From NCBI GenBank assembly GCA_041636995.1, contig JBFKRY010000001.1:1482-65481 (forward strand): a stretch of DNA of 64,000 nt, given 5' to 3'. Each line of letters opens with the position of its first letter. The stretch's first letter is position 1. This document shows positions 18,137 through 26,160 of this stretch, piece by piece. The notes beneath the pieces were generated by a model. The model was not told the DNA's origin, did not search any database, and was given only the letters and a program-made list of their open reading frames with translations. The position numbers and the translations under genes are program-made. This DNA comes from Acidimicrobiales bacterium (lineage in GTDB: Bacteria > Actinomycetota > Acidimicrobiia > Acidimicrobiales > UBA8592).

Positions 18137-19168
18137 ATGACGCAGGCGTTGCGCGTCTACACCGACGGCGCCTGCAGCGGGAACCCCGGGCCCGGCGGGT
18201 GGGCGTGGATCACGCCCGAGGGGCCGTTCGCGGCCGGGGCTGCGGCCGAGACCACCAACCAGCGCATGGAGCTCCAGGCGGTGCTCGAGGCGGTGCGGGC
18301 GAACGACGGGCCCCTCGAGATCATCAGCGACTCGACCTACGTGGTCAACTGCTTCCGGGACCGCTGGTGGGAGGGCTGGCTGCGCCGGGGCTGGCTGAAC
18401 ACGCAGCGCAAGCCGGTGGCCAACCGCGACCTCTGGGAGCCCCTGGTCGACGAGGTCCGGAGCCGGGACATCGGCTTCCGCTGGGTCAAGGGCCACGGCG
18501 GCGACGAGTGGAACGACCTCGCGGACCGGCTGGCGGTCGAGGCCGCCGTCACCCAGCGCGCCCGGTCCGGTCGGGAACGGCCGACCGAGGTGGGTGCTCC
18601 CGATGCCGTCGGCGCTCCGGCGCAGCCCCGCGAGACGACCCGCGACCCCACCGGCCGGGAGGCCCCGCCGGGGCACAAGCTGGTGGTGCTGGGCCTGCGC
18701 CCCCGCGAGCTGGGCGGCTACGGACCCAACCCGACCGCCGAGGCGGTGCGGCGCCAGCTGGTGGAGATCATCGGCGCCAAGGCCGAGCTGCACCCCGACC
18801 TGGTGGTGCTGAGCGGGGGTCGGCTCGGCGCCGAGATGCTGGGCGCCGAGGCCGCCGTCGAGGCCGGGGTCCCGCTGGTGCTGGTGCTCCCGTACCCTGA
18901 CCCGGCGTCGGTGTGGTCGGCGGACGAGCAGGCCCGGTTCGCCGCCGTCAGCGAGGCCGCGCAGGATGTCATCACCCTGCAGCAGAAGGTGCCCGAGAAC
19001 CGCCAGCGTGCCCGGGGAGCGCTGGCCCGGCGCGACGCCTGGTTCGCCCGCAACGCCCAGGAGGCCGTCGTCGTCTGGGACCACGACGACCCCGACGTGG
19101 GCCGCCTGGTCCGCTCGCTGCAGGACGCCCTCGGCGAGCTGGAGGTGTGGGTGGTCGAGCCCGGGTGA
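18137..19168 (+). CDS. rnhA: RNase HI fused to a C-terminal YpsA/DUF1273-like (SLOG superfamily) domain
   Basis: N-terminal RNase H: VYTDGACSGNPGPGGWAW, TNQRMELQAV, SDSTYVV, GHGGDEWNDLADRLA. C-terminal ~155 aa (from ~18690): KLVVLGLRPRELGGY...VVLSGGRLGAEMLGAEAAVEAGVPLVLVLPYPD...AVVVWDHDDP, which aligns by eye with B. subtilis YpsA. Confidence 0.8.
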   Translation: MTQALRVYTDGACSGNPGPGGWAWITPEGPFAAGAAAETTNQRMELQAVLEAVRANDGPLEIISDSTYVVNCFRDRWWEGWLRRGWLNTQRKPVANRDLWEPLVDEVRSRDIGFRWVKGHGGDEWNDLADRLAVEAAVTQRARSGRERPTEVGAPDAVGAPAQPRETTRDPTGREAPPGHKLVVLGLRPRELGGYGPNPTAEAVRRQLVEIIGAKAELHPDLVVLSGGRLGAEMLGAEAAVEAGVPLVLVLPYPDPASVWSADEQARFAAVSEAAQDVITLQQKVPENRQRARGALARRDAWFARNAQEAVVVWDHDDPDVGRLVRSLQDALGELEVWVVEPG

Positions 19169-19184
19169 CCGACGGGACCGCTGG

Positions 19185-19700
19185 TCAGGAGACCGCGATC
19201 GGGCCCTCGGTCCCGCTCACCTGCCACTGGCCGTCGACGAGGTCGACGCGGTAGGAGAGCCAGGTGCCGCACAGCCCGCCGCACCACAGCGAGACCGGCA
19301 CCAGTGCGGTGTCGGTGGCCAGGTCGGGCTCGCCGATCCCCAGGATCACTGCGCCCTCGACGGTGGGACGGAGGTCGTCGGTCCGCCAGTCGTCGGCGTC
19401 GTCGATCCAGCGGACCGGGCCGAGCGGCTCGAGGACGGCTTCGATGGCCGCCCGTTCGCTGTCGTCCAGGGGCCGGGACGGGTAGGCACCCGGCTGGCCG
19501 GACCCTGCGGCCGGGTCCGTGGTCTCCAGGACCAGGTACTCGGTGAAGGGCGGTGGCCCCTGGGCGAAGGTGTGATCGACGGTGACCAGCTGGTGCACGG
19601 CTGCGGCCATCACCGCTGCGGTCGGCGTCGAGTCCTCGGACCCGCGGCCGCAGGCGGCGGCGACGAGCACGACGAGGAGGATGAGTGCGAGCCGCTTCAT
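19185..19700 (-). CDS. Putative lipoprotein
   Basis: ATG at 19700. Signal peptide plus lipobox MKRLALILLVVLVAAACG. Confidence 0.7.
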   Translation of the reverse strand: MKRLALILLVVLVAAACGRGSEDSTPTAAVMAAAVHQLVTVDHTFAQGPPPFTEYLVLETTDPAAGSGQPGAYPSRPLDDSERAAIEAVLEPLGPVRWIDDADDWRTDDLRPTVEGAVILGIGEPDLATDTALVPVSLWCGGLCGTWLSYRVDLVDGQWQVSGTEGPIAVS

Positions 19701-19787
19701 GCAGATTCGACGGCGGCGGCGCCCGACCGGTTCCTGTGAGCCCGCCGGGTCGCCTCCGATCGGGAACGATCTCAACGGATGTCGTCC

Positions 19788-20072
19788 CTAATCCTCCACG
19801 CTGACCTTGGAGCGGTAGAAGGCCACGTGGTTGCGGATCTGTTCGGCCTCGGCCTTGGGGTTGGGGTAGTACCACGCCGCGTCGGAGAGGGTCTGGTCGT
19901 CGACGCGGACGTCGTAGTAGCTGGCGGTGCCCTTCCAGGGGCAGACGGTCTGGTGGGTGCTCGGGGCGAAGTGCTCCATCCGCACCGACTCGGGCGGGAA
20001 GTAGTGGTTGCCCTCGACGACGACCGTGTCGTCGGACTCGGCGAGGACGGTTCCGTTCACGACTGCTCGCAC
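19788..20072 (-). CDS. DUF427 domain protein
   Basis: GTG at 20072 with GAGGAG just upstream. Product VRAVVNGTVLAESDDTVVVEGNHYFPPESV...CPWKGTASYYDV...AAWYYPNP. Confidence 0.75.
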   Translation of the reverse strand: MRAVVNGTVLAESDDTVVVEGNHYFPPESVRMEHFAPSTHQTVCPWKGTASYYDVRVDDQTLSDAAWYYPNPKAEAEQIRNHVAFYRSKVSVED

Positions 20073-20098
20073 GACGTCTCCTCGTGGTTCTTCGGGGG

Positions 20099-20545
20099 TC
20101 AGGACGAGGTGACCAGCTCCTCGAGACGCTCGAGGGTGGCCTCCATGCTGGCGGGGTGCTTCTTCGGGTAGCCCATCATCTCGATGGCCCGCGGGGTGGT
20201 GGAGGTGGACCAGTCGAAGGTCTCGGTCACCTTGGTGCCGCCCTCGACCGGCTCCAGCTCGTAGCGCCACCGGTGCTTGCCGAAGTGGGCCCAGGCGATG
20301 CGCCGGTTCTCCTCGTACTCCCTCACCGTGTTCTTGATGCGGTACGGCAGGACGCCGCCGTAGCGCATCTTCATGCCGAAGGTCTGGCCCTCGCCGGTCA
20401 GCCGATCGGGCCCGAAGGTCTCGCCCTGGACCATGCCCGACCCGTCGATGACGGGGTGCTTCGACGGGTCGGCGATCACCGCGAAGATCTCCTCTGGGGT
20501 GGCGTCGATCACCCTCGACACCGAAACCTGGCGCTCGTTGCTCAT
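20099..20545 (-). CDS. SRPBCC (polyketide cyclase/dehydrase-like) family protein
   Basis: 148 aa. Product MSNERQVSVSRVIDATPEEIFAVIADPSKHPVIDGSG... Confidence 0.75.
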   Translation of the reverse strand: MSNERQVSVSRVIDATPEEIFAVIADPSKHPVIDGSGMVQGETFGPDRLTGEGQTFGMKMRYGGVLPYRIKNTVREYEENRRIAWAHFGKHRWRYELEPVEGGTKVTETFDWSTSTTPRAIEMMGYPKKHPASMEATLERLEELVTSS

Positions 20546-20578
20546 GACGTCTCCCTGGCTCCCGGATACCCGCTCAAC

Positions 20579-21466
20579 CTATCGCCCGAGCACGCCCCGC
20601 AGCGCCTGCTCGACCGTGGGATGGCGGAACTCGTAGCCCGCCGCGGTGGCCACCGCGGGCAGCACCCGGGCGCTGCTGAACAGCAGCTCGTCGGCCAGCT
20701 CCCCGCCCAGCAGCAGCTTGGGGCCGAACTCGGGGACTGGCAGCAGCGTGGGCCGGCCGAGCACCGAACCCAAAGCTTTGGTGAGCTCGGCGTTGGTGGC
20801 CGGCTCGGGTCCGGTCAGGTTGACCGGACCGTGGACGTCGTTCTGCAGCAGCCACTCGATGAGGGCCACCTCGTCGTCGAGGCTGATCCAGCTCCACCAC
20901 TGGTCGCCCGAGCCCATCCGGCCGCCCAGGCCCAGCTTGAACAGCGGCAGCATCTTGGCCAGGGCGCCCCCGTCGGGTGACAGCACGACACCGGTGCGGA
21001 GCATCGCCACCCGGATCCCGGCCTCGGCAGCGGGGGCGGTCTCGGCTTCCCACTGCTGGGTCACCTCGGCCAGGAAGCCGGCCCCCGGGGGGGAGGTCTC
21101 GGTGAGCCGCTCGTCACCGCGGTCGCCGTAGTAGCCGATGGCCGAGCCGCTCAGCAGGGTGGCCGGGGGACGGTCGAGTCCGGCGAGGGTGGTGGCGAGG
21201 AGCCGGGTGCCCTGGACCCGGCTGTCCCGGATGCGGGCCTTGACCTCGTCGGTCCAGCGACGGTTGCCGATGCCCTCACCTGCCAGGTGCACGACCGCGT
21301 CGATGCCCTCGAAGCCCGCGGCGTCGATGCGGCCCGCAGCCGGGTCCCAGCCGATGCCGCCGGAGCCGCTGCGCACCACCGGGATGGGGTCGTGACCGTG
21401 CGCCTCGAGCGCGGTGACCAGCGCGGACCCGATGAGCCCGCTCGAACCGGTGATCGCTACGTCCAT
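20579..21466 (-). CDS. TIGR01777/YfcH-like epimerase-family SDR (DUF1731 C-terminus)
   Basis: ATG at 21466. Product MDVAITGSSGLIGSAL...VVHLAGEGIGNRRWTDEVKARIRDSRV...SWISLDDEV. The rest of the 907-aa ORF 20579..23302 is discounted. Confidence 0.8.
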   Translation of the reverse strand: MDVAITGSSGLIGSALVTALEAHGHDPIPVVRSGSGGIGWDPAAGRIDAAGFEGIDAVVHLAGEGIGNRRWTDEVKARIRDSRVQGTRLLATTLAGLDRPPATLLSGSAIGYYGDRGDERLTETSPPGAGFLAEVTQQWEAETAPAAEAGIRVAMLRTGVVLSPDGGALAKMLPLFKLGLGGRMGSGDQWWSWISLDDEVALIEWLLQNDVHGPVNLTGPEPATNAELTKALGSVLGRPTLLPVPEFGPKLLLGGELADELLFSSARVLPAVATAAGYEFRHPTVEQALRGVLGR

Positions 21467-21577
21467 CGTGCAACTCCGTCCATCGTGTACCTCCGGGCCA
21501 GATCGTCCCAGCATGGACGCGGCAGCCCACAATCGAGCGGTAGCTTTGAGCCGACCCGGCACCAGGAGGCCAAGGTA

Positions 21578-21817
21578 ATGAGCGACAGCGGGACCGACAC
21601 CGTCGAGACCAGACGTGGTGTCAACGTCCGACTGATAGTCGGACTGCTGGCGGCCGGGGCCTTGGCCCTGTTCGTCTTCCAGAACACCGACGACACCGAT
21701 GTCGAGTTCCTGACCTGGGATGGCTCGATCCCGCTGTTCCTGCTGCTGCTCATCACCGTGGGGCTGACCCTGGTCCTGTCGGTCATGGTCACCTGGATGC
21801 TGCGGCGCCGTCGCTGA
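21578..21817 (+). CDS. LapA/DUF1049-like small membrane protein
   Basis: ATG at 21578 preceded by AGGAGG (21564-21569). Two TM segments flank ...FQNTDDTDVEFLTWDG... Confidence 0.7.
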   Translation: MSDSGTDTVETRRGVNVRLIVGLLAAGALALFVFQNTDDTDVEFLTWDGSIPLFLLLLITVGLTLVLSVMVTWMLRRRR

Positions 21818-21842
21818 CCCGGACCCCCCGTACACTGTCGTC

Positions 21843-22058
21843 ATGCTTGACCCCGAGCAGGCCGACGAGCAGGCTCCGGCCGCACCGAAGCGATCCAGGA
21901 GCGCGGGCTCGGCGACCGTGCTGGGCGCGGCCATGATCGCGGTGGGCGAGATCGTCGAACCCGAGAAGACCAACGTCGAGATCGTCCAGACCGACGACGA
22001 GCCCCTCGACGAGCCCCCGTTCAATCTCGACTTCGGCTCGCTCCCCCCGCTGGACTGA
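21843..22058 (+). CDS. Small acidic hypothetical protein (71 aa)
   Basis: ORF 21843..22058. No motif recognised. Its 3' end overlaps the convergent GT4 gene. Confidence 0.35.
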   Translation: MLDPEQADEQAPAAPKRSRSAGSATVLGAAMIAVGEIVEPEKTNVEIVQTDDEPLDEPPFNLDFGSLPPLD

Positions 22059-23205
22059 GACCACGAGCCGCGAGCAGGCGCTCGTAGGTGGCCAGCGTGA
22101 TGTCGATGACCCGCCGTTGGTCGAACTCGCGCCGAGCCTTCTCCGCGGCCGCGGCGCCCATGGCGGACCGGCGCGTGGGCGCCGACACCAGCGCCACGAT
22201 GGCATCGGCGAGGGCCACCGGGTCCCGCACCGGCACCACCAGCCCGGTGACGTCGTCGTCGACGACCTGACGGCAGCCGCGGATGTCGGTGACCACGAGC
22301 GGGACCCCCGTCGCCGCCGCCTCCATGGCCGAGCGCGGGAAGCCCTCGCGGTGCGAGGCCAGCACGAACACGTCCATCGCCCGGTAGAGGCGCTCCACGT
22401 CGTCGCGGTGGCCGAGGAAGGTGACGCCCGCCCGCTCGGCGCGTTCGATGGCCTCGGGATCGACGGCATCGGCCTTGCCCGGCTCGTGCGGGCCGATCAC
22501 CACCAGGCGGGCCTCGGGGGCGCGAGAGCGCAGCCCCTCGGCGGCGGCGAAGAGCTCGTGGTAGCCCTTCTCCCCGACCAGCCGGCCCACCGTGCCCACG
22601 ATCACCTCGGCACGCCCGATGCCCAGCTCGGTCCGGATCTCCGACCGCTCCCCGGGGCCGGGGGGACGGAACCGGGTGAGATCGATGCCGTTGCCGAGCA
22701 GCTGGAGCCGGTCCTCGGGGACCCGGAGGCGGCGGAGCACCTCGAGGTCCTCCGGGTTCTGGACCAGCTCTGCGTGCGAGGCGGTGGCGGCCAGCCGTTC
22801 CAGGGAGTAGACCCCGACCCGCTTGAGCCAGCGGTCGCCCGGCTGGGCGTAGAGCCCGTGCACGGTGTTGACCACCACCGGCACCCTGGCCGCCCGGGCG
22901 GCCAGGCGCCCGTACACCCCGGGCTTGGGGGTGTGGGTGTGCACGATCGCCGGTTGGAGTCGCTGGAAGAGCCGGTAGACCTCGCGTGCGGCTCGCAGGT
23001 CGGCGCCGAGGGCCATCGACCGGGTGGCGTGCTCCAGGGGCTCGAACCGCACCCCTCTGGCCTCGATGGCGGCCACGAAGATTCCCGGCGCGGCCGCGCC
23101 GATGACCTCGTAGCCCGCGTCGGCGAACGCGCCGAGCTGTGGTCCCAGGAGCAGCTCGAGGCTGATGTCGGTGGTCGTCAGGTGCAGCAGCCGGGGGGTG
23201 GCCAC
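22021..23205 (-). CDS. Glycosyltransferase family 4
   Basis: GT-B/GT4 pattern: N-terminal LLHLTTTD...VHTHTPKPG, C-terminal ...ASHREGFPRSAMEAAATGVPLVVTDIRGCRQVV. Confidence 0.8.
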   Translation of the reverse strand: MATPRLLHLTTTDISLELLLGPQLGAFADAGYEVIGAAAPGIFVAAIEARGVRFEPLEHATRSMALGADLRAAREVYRLFQRLQPAIVHTHTPKPGVYGRLAARAARVPVVVNTVHGLYAQPGDRWLKRVGVYSLERLAATASHAELVQNPEDLEVLRRLRVPEDRLQLLGNGIDLTRFRPPGPGERSEIRTELGIGRAEVIVGTVGRLVGEKGYHELFAAAEGLRSRAPEARLVVIGPHEPGKADAVDPEAIERAERAGVTFLGHRDDVERLYRAMDVFVLASHREGFPRSAMEAAATGVPLVVTDIRGCRQVVDDDVTGLVVPVRDPVALADAIVALVSAPTRRSAMGAAAAEKARREFDQRRVIDITLATYERLLAARGLSPAGGASRSRD

Positions 23206-23208
23206 GGC

Positions 23209-24042
23209 TCAGCTGACCGCGCCCGCGTAGCGACGCCGGTTGGCCAGGACCCGGAGCCGATCCTCGAGACCCATGCCGCCGTCGACCTTGTGCCGGAACC
23301 ACCGCATGCCGTCACTGCGCTGAACCGGGGAGCGGGCCAGCCGGTACGGGTCGGTCGATCCGTATGGGTTGGGCCGGGTCCCGGCCAGCGCCGCCGAGAC
23401 GAAGCGCTCCCGGACCGCGGCGTCGGCGCCGGCGGCGGGCGGCAGCGCCTTGGGGTAGGCGAAGTGCCTGGCCGTCACCCCCAGGTTGGCGCCGATCAGG
23501 TCGATCGACCGGTCGAGCTCGTCGTGGACCGCATCGGTGTCGAGCCGATCGAGCAGCGCGTGGCTGTGGGTGTGCGATCCCACCTCGACCAGCCCGGTGC
23601 TCACCGCCTCCGCCAGCGCCCCCCAGCTCAGGGCCCGGTCGTCGGGCGACCAGAACGGGAGGCCCTCGTCGACGTACCTGGTGGCCACGTACAGCACGAC
23701 CGGGATGCGATGGCGGACCAGGACCGGCAGCGCCACCTCGACCAGGTCGGGGGTGCCGTCGTCGAAGGTCACGACCACCGGGTCGACCTCGGGCCGTCGG
23801 CCGGCGGCGAGCACCCCGAGCGCGTCGTCGAGGGTGCACACCCGGCCCGACTCGGCGAGCTCGGCCATCTGGTCCGCGAAGCGCCCCGGCTCGAGGTCAA
23901 CCTGGCTGGCCGACCCGGCGCCCACCCGGTGGTAGAGGAGCACGGTCACGCCCGGGGTCGGACGCCGGACCCGGTCGGCCGCGGCGGCAGTGGACTTGAG
24001 CGCGGCCCGCACCAGATCGGTCAAGGCATCGACAGGTGGCAC
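23209..24042 (-). CDS. Polysaccharide deacetylase (NodB-homology) family protein
   Basis: ...VLLYHRV..., VVTFDDGTPD, GSHTHSH. Confidence 0.8.
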   Translation of the reverse strand: MPPVDALTDLVRAALKSTAAAADRVRRPTPGVTVLLYHRVGAGSASQVDLEPGRFADQMAELAESGRVCTLDDALGVLAAGRRPEVDPVVVTFDDGTPDLVEVALPVLVRHRIPVVLYVATRYVDEGLPFWSPDDRALSWGALAEAVSTGLVEVGSHTHSHALLDRLDTDAVHDELDRSIDLIGANLGVTARHFAYPKALPPAAGADAAVRERFVSAALAGTRPNPYGSTDPYRLARSPVQRSDGMRWFRHKVDGGMGLEDRLRVLANRRRYAGAVS

Positions 24043-24068
24043 CGGCGGTCACCGTATCGTGAGCACCG

Positions 24069-25043
24069 ATGGCGAGCCCGGATATCACGGTTCGACGGGC
24101 CGGTCCCGACGACGTACCGGCCATCGTCGACGTCGCCGGCGCGGCCCTGGGGTGGGCGTCGGGAGAGCCCCACGAGGCGCTGTTCCGCTGGAAGCACCTC
24201 GCCAACCCGGCAGGGGAGTCGCCGATGTGGCTGGCCGAGGCCGACGGCAGGGTGGCGGGGTTCAGGGCCATGATGCGCTGGGAGCTGCGCACGCCCGAAG
24301 GGGACCGGCTGAGCGCGGTCCGCGCCGTCGACACCGCCACCCACCCGGCGTTCCAGCGCCGGGGCGTGTTCTCCAGGCTCACCTCGGCGGCGGTCGAGGA
24401 GCTGACCGCGGCGGGCGTCGGGATCGTGTTCAACACCCCGAACGACCGCTCCCGCCCCGGCTACCTGAAGCTGGGTTGGATCGAGGTCGGCCGCCTCCCG
24501 CTCGCGGTCAGGCCGGTGTCGGTCCGGGGCGCAGCCCGGATGGCCCGGGCTCGCACCGCGGCCGAGAAATGGTCGCAGCCCTCCAGCGTCGGCCGCCCCG
24601 CCGCCGAGGTGGTCGCCGACCCCGCCATCGACCCCCTGCTGGCATCCCAGCCCCTCGCGGGGGTCGCCACCGCTGTCGATCGGACCCATCTCCGCTGGCG
24701 CTACGGGCTCGAGCTGCTCCACTACCGCGCCCTGGCGCCATCGGGGGTGGCCGAGGGGGTGGTGCTCTTCCGCGACCGGCGCCGGGGCGGTGCCGTCGAG
24801 TGCGTGGTGGACGCGGTCCTGGCGCCCGGCGGTGACCGGGCTCGTCAGCGAGCGCTGCTCGGGGCCCTGGCCAGCGCAGTCGACGCCGACTACCTGCTGC
24901 GGCTGGGCCCGTCCGATCCGCGGGGCGGCTTCGTGCCCCTCGTGGGTCAGGGCCCCCGGCTGACCGCCCGGGCCCTGACCGCGTCGCCCGAGCCGTCGGT
25001 GGATCGCTGGGCGCTCACGCTGGGCGACGTCGAGCTCTTCTGA
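24069..25043 (+). CDS. GNAT-family N-acetyltransferase with an extra C-terminal domain
   Basis: Acetyl-CoA-binding segment ...VDTATHPAFQRRGVFSRLTSAAVEEL... Confidence 0.7.
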   Translation: MASPDITVRRAGPDDVPAIVDVAGAALGWASGEPHEALFRWKHLANPAGESPMWLAEADGRVAGFRAMMRWELRTPEGDRLSAVRAVDTATHPAFQRRGVFSRLTSAAVEELTAAGVGIVFNTPNDRSRPGYLKLGWIEVGRLPLAVRPVSVRGAARMARARTAAEKWSQPSSVGRPAAEVVADPAIDPLLASQPLAGVATAVDRTHLRWRYGLELLHYRALAPSGVAEGVVLFRDRRRGGAVECVVDAVLAPGGDRARQRALLGALASAVDADYLLRLGPSDPRGGFVPLVGQGPRLTARALTASPEPSVDRWALTLGDVELF

Positions 25044-26160
25044 GCGAGGAGCCGAGCGGCCATCCACGGCCGCGCCCTGCACGTCCGAGCATTCGGAGGG
25101 CCCGGCGCAGGTGGCTGCTGGGGGTCCAGCCCCGAGCGGCCAGGTACTCCGGCGACGGGGCGACGATGGCGCGCACGTAGCGCAGCCTGGCCGCCAGTCC
25201 CGGGATCGCCGCCAGCGACGCCAGCTGGCGGGTGTAGCCCCGTCCGGCGCAGGTGCTGGCGGCCAGCAGCCGCCGGTCCCGGGCCGGGACCGGGAGGGAT
25301 CCGGCCCAGCGGCTGAGCGCGGTGGGAGCCAGCTCCAGGGTCGACCAGGCGCTGGCGATCGCGTGCTGCACCACGGCGGCGGCGCCCCAGGCGGCGGTGA
25401 GATCGGCGACCGCGGCCGGGTCGGGCGACAGCGCGGCGTCGACCTGGGCCACGTCGCGCAGCGATGAGAGGCGCGGGGGGACGTCGCCGAGGGCGGCGTT
25501 GTAGCAGGCGTGGACGAAGGTGGCGGCCGACCCCAGGGTGGCCAGGCGCCGGCCGCCGACCTCGAAGGCCACAGGATCGTCCATCAGCCGGTTGACCGCG
25601 ACCCGCAGCCCGAAGGGTCCCGCGGCCAGGGTGCGGTGCAGGTCGATCTCCGCCGCGCCCACCCTGACCAGCACGTCCTTGGCGAACTCGGCGTCGAAGC
25701 CGGGTCGCAGCTCGGGGAGCGGGGCCTCGCCGCCCAGGTGCTGCACCAGGGCCTGGCGGGCCCGGTCGAGCTGTTGGGGGGCCACGACCAGGTCGATGTC
25801 GCCGAAGGTCCGGTGGGCCGGGTCGTCGTAGACGGTGTGGGCCAGCGCCGGCCCCTTGATCACCCGCAGCTCCACGCCGGCGAGCTCGAGGACGTCGGCC
25901 ACCCGGATCAGGAGGCGCTCCATCGCCAGGGCATGGCCCTGCCAGGTCTCGTCGCGGCGGGCCAGCTCGGTGAGCTGGGCGTCGGTGAGCGCGAGGTCGC
26001 CGGCGGCGGCGGCGCCGGCGAGGTGCCCGACGAGGCGATGCTGCTCGGCACCCGTGATGATCGCCCGCCACTCGGCCGGCGCCGGCGGGGCCGGGGGGAA
26101 GGCGTGCCGGGACGGCAGACCGTGGGCCGCGACCGCGGCGAGGAGCGGCGGCGCGGTCAC
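25015..26160 (-). CDS. 'Uncharacterised nucleotidyltransferase' family protein (PF14907-like)
   Basis: GTG at 26160 overlaps the upstream stop (GTGA). Core ...RVIKGPALAHTVYDDPAHRTFGDIDLVVAPQQLDRARQAL... The N-terminal part of the 839-aa ORF is discounted. Confidence 0.65.
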   Translation of the reverse strand: MTAPPLLAAVAAHGLPSRHAFPPAPPAPAEWRAIITGAEQHRLVGHLAGAAAAGDLALTDAQLTELARRDETWQGHALAMERLLIRVADVLELAGVELRVIKGPALAHTVYDDPAHRTFGDIDLVVAPQQLDRARQALVQHLGGEAPLPELRPGFDAEFAKDVLVRVGAAEIDLHRTLAAGPFGLRVAVNRLMDDPVAFEVGGRRLATLGSAATFVHACYNAALGDVPPRLSSLRDVAQVDAALSPDPAAVADLTAAWGAAAVVQHAIASAWSTLELAPTALSRWAGSLPVPARDRRLLAASTCAGRGYTRQLASLAAIPGLAARLRYVRAIVAPSPEYLAARGWTPSSHLRRALRMLGRAGRGRGWPLGSSLRRARRRPA

